From positions 10,416 through 74,415 of the forward strand of contig JAJXUE010000006.1 in assembly GCA_021783135.1 (NCBI GenBank): a stretch of 64,000 nt of DNA, read 5' to 3'. How positions within the stretch are numbered: position 1 is the first letter of the stretch; each line of letters starts with the position of its first letter. The stretch is from Bacillota bacterium. GTDB lineage: Bacteria; Bacillota; Desulfitobacteriia; Desulfitobacteriales; JAJXUE01. Under the pieces are notes generated by a model that was given only the letters and a program-made list of their open reading frames with translations, was not told the DNA's origin and made no database searches. Below are positions 62,916 through 64,000 of this stretch, in pieces. The position numbers were made by a program, and so were the translations under genes.

Positions 62916-64000
62916 ACTTGCATGCTCGCTTAAAACGTTTTTTTGCGCCAAACTCCGTGCTGTTCCAACTTTTATCCCGTTCTTTGTTACTCATGGCCAT
63001 ACTGTTGTTGGTAATCGGTCTATTCCAATATGTCTTAATGCGCAGTTTTATTTATCAAAATAAAGCTGCCACGATGCAAAGTCAGATTTTGGCGACTCCG
63101 CCGGAAGTGTGGGCGCAACTTGCGAATGATGTAACGAATAAAACTCCTGCGGTAAGGCCCAATCGCCTGCACTTTTTTGCGCCCGATTCCAGTATTGCGC
63201 TGTTTGACAGTGCCGGCAATTATACCGTACTTTATAATTCTCCGTTGCAAGCCGGAGCTACGCCCAAATTAGCGACACAAGTTTATGAAAATGCGATGCA
63301 TGGCAAGGCTAAACTTAATTTTTCGATCGCGAACACGACAGGTGGACAGCAACTTCTCGTTTTGCAACCCATTATTATGCGCGGATATCTGCTCGGTGTC
63401 CTCCAAGTAGGGGTTAGTTCCAATCCGCTCAGAGCGGTGTTGTTGCGACAATTGCTAACCTTTCTCATTATAGCTTTGTTAGCTTTGCTTGGCGGTATGC
63501 TGGCCTTTGTACCGGTTTTACGTAAAACCTTAGTGCCTTTGTCCCAAATGGTAGATAAGGTGGGGCAAATTGATGCGGGCAATTTGGCGGAACGCCTGCC
63601 GGATCAGCAAGGTCAAATGGAAGTGGATCGTCTGGCCGTTTCGTTTAATGGAATGCTGGAAAGGTTGGAAGCTTCTTTTGCAGCTGAGAAGGAGGCTAAG
63701 GAACAGATGCGGCGTTTTGTGGCCGATGCCTCGCATGAATTGCGTACGCCGTTAACCTCAATTCATGGTTTCTTGGAAGTTTTATTCCGTGGCGCTATGT
63801 ATCAACCGGAGATGCTGCAAAAATCGCTCAAGAGCATGTATGCAGAGTCGGAACGGATGAAGAAGTTGGTACAAGATCTTTTGCTCTTGGCAAAACTGGA
63901 TCGCTCCCCTAATATTCAACTCAGTGAGGGGAGACTGGACGATCTCGTTACTGAGATGGAGCAGCAGTTGCGGATGCTGGCAGGCAGCCGCATAATTACC
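62912..64000 (+). CDS. sensor histidine kinase, 5' partial (continues beyond the window)
   Basis: The ATG at 62912 overlaps the regulator's TGA (ATGA). The frame is open to the window end. Two transmembrane segments, a HAMP region, and the H-box ADASHELRTPLTSI. It is absent from the ORF table because no stop falls within the window. Confidence 0.85.
   Translation, partial: MNLHARLKRFFAPNSVLFQLLSRSLLLMAILLLVIGLFQYVLMRSFIYQNKAATMQSQILATPPEVWAQLANDVTNKTPAVRPNRLHFFAPDSSIALFDSAGNYTVLYNSPLQAGATPKLATQVYENAMHGKAKLNFSIANTTGGQQLLVLQPIIMRGYLLGVLQVGVSSNPLRAVLLRQLLTFLIIALLALLGGMLAFVPVLRKTLVPLSQMVDKVGQIDAGNLAERLPDQQGQMEVDRLAVSFNGMLERLEASFAAEKEAKEQMRRFVADASHELRTPLTSIHGFLEVLFRGAMYQPEMLQKSLKSMYAESERMKKLVQDLLLLAKLDRSPNIQLSEGRLDDLVTEMEQQLRMLAGSRIIT

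Noticed and set aside
1-64000. Prophage, transposon or integrative element boundaries around the 2.6-12 kb accessory region
   Set aside because: I found no integrase, transposase, tRNA target, or flanking direct or inverted terminal repeats. The island-like character rests only on gene content.

Overview
This is a 64-kb chromosomal window from a low-to-mid GC Bacillota (Firmicutes) genome. The gene content suggests an anaerobe: many Fe-S and ferredoxin-domain proteins, CWB2-anchored surface proteins, and the Bacillus-like operons yhbD-bactofilin and yojF-bshB2. I did not determine the taxon. I saw no rRNA, tRNA, CRISPR array, transposase or integrase.

Most of the window is ordinary housekeeping or accessory metabolism:
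- an ABC-F ATPase
- an Opp/Dpp-type peptide ABC transporter
- a TPP-riboswitch-controlled thiamine-precursor ABC operon
- two ABC-2 exporter clusters, one with a TetR regulator and one with a two-component system
- HelD, NudC, RecQ, HtpG and NadE
- two aldo/keto reductases carrying Fe-S tails
- a second two-component system that runs off the 3' edge

The stand-out region is about 2.6-12 kb. A HepT/MntA (HEPN/nucleotidyltransferase) toxin-antitoxin pair sits next to a divergently transcribed six-gene cluster. One arm encodes an SF2 DECH-box helicase, a HAD/NT5C-like hydrolase and a PriS/AEP-like protein with an altered motif I. The other arm encodes a 262-aa orphan protein and two tandem paralogous P-loop NTPases that look DUF2791/BrxD-like. 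This recalls the Shango or BREX-BrxD logic, but it lacks TerB, PglX and PglZ. I propose it as a candidate undescribed anti-phage or DNA-surveillance system.

Other points worth a second look:
- a cohesin/dockerin pair coupled to a CWB2 wall anchor, displaying a 1571-aa PHP/OB-fold surface protein
- two genes whose conserved N-termini lie upstream of any ATG/GTG/TTG, implying ATA/ATC/ATT initiation
- a roughly 360-bp ORF-free, hairpin-rich region
- four TTCAG repeats phased at 11 bp upstream of a response regulator
- short 12- and 13-bp tandem repeats
- a truncated DsbA-like gene
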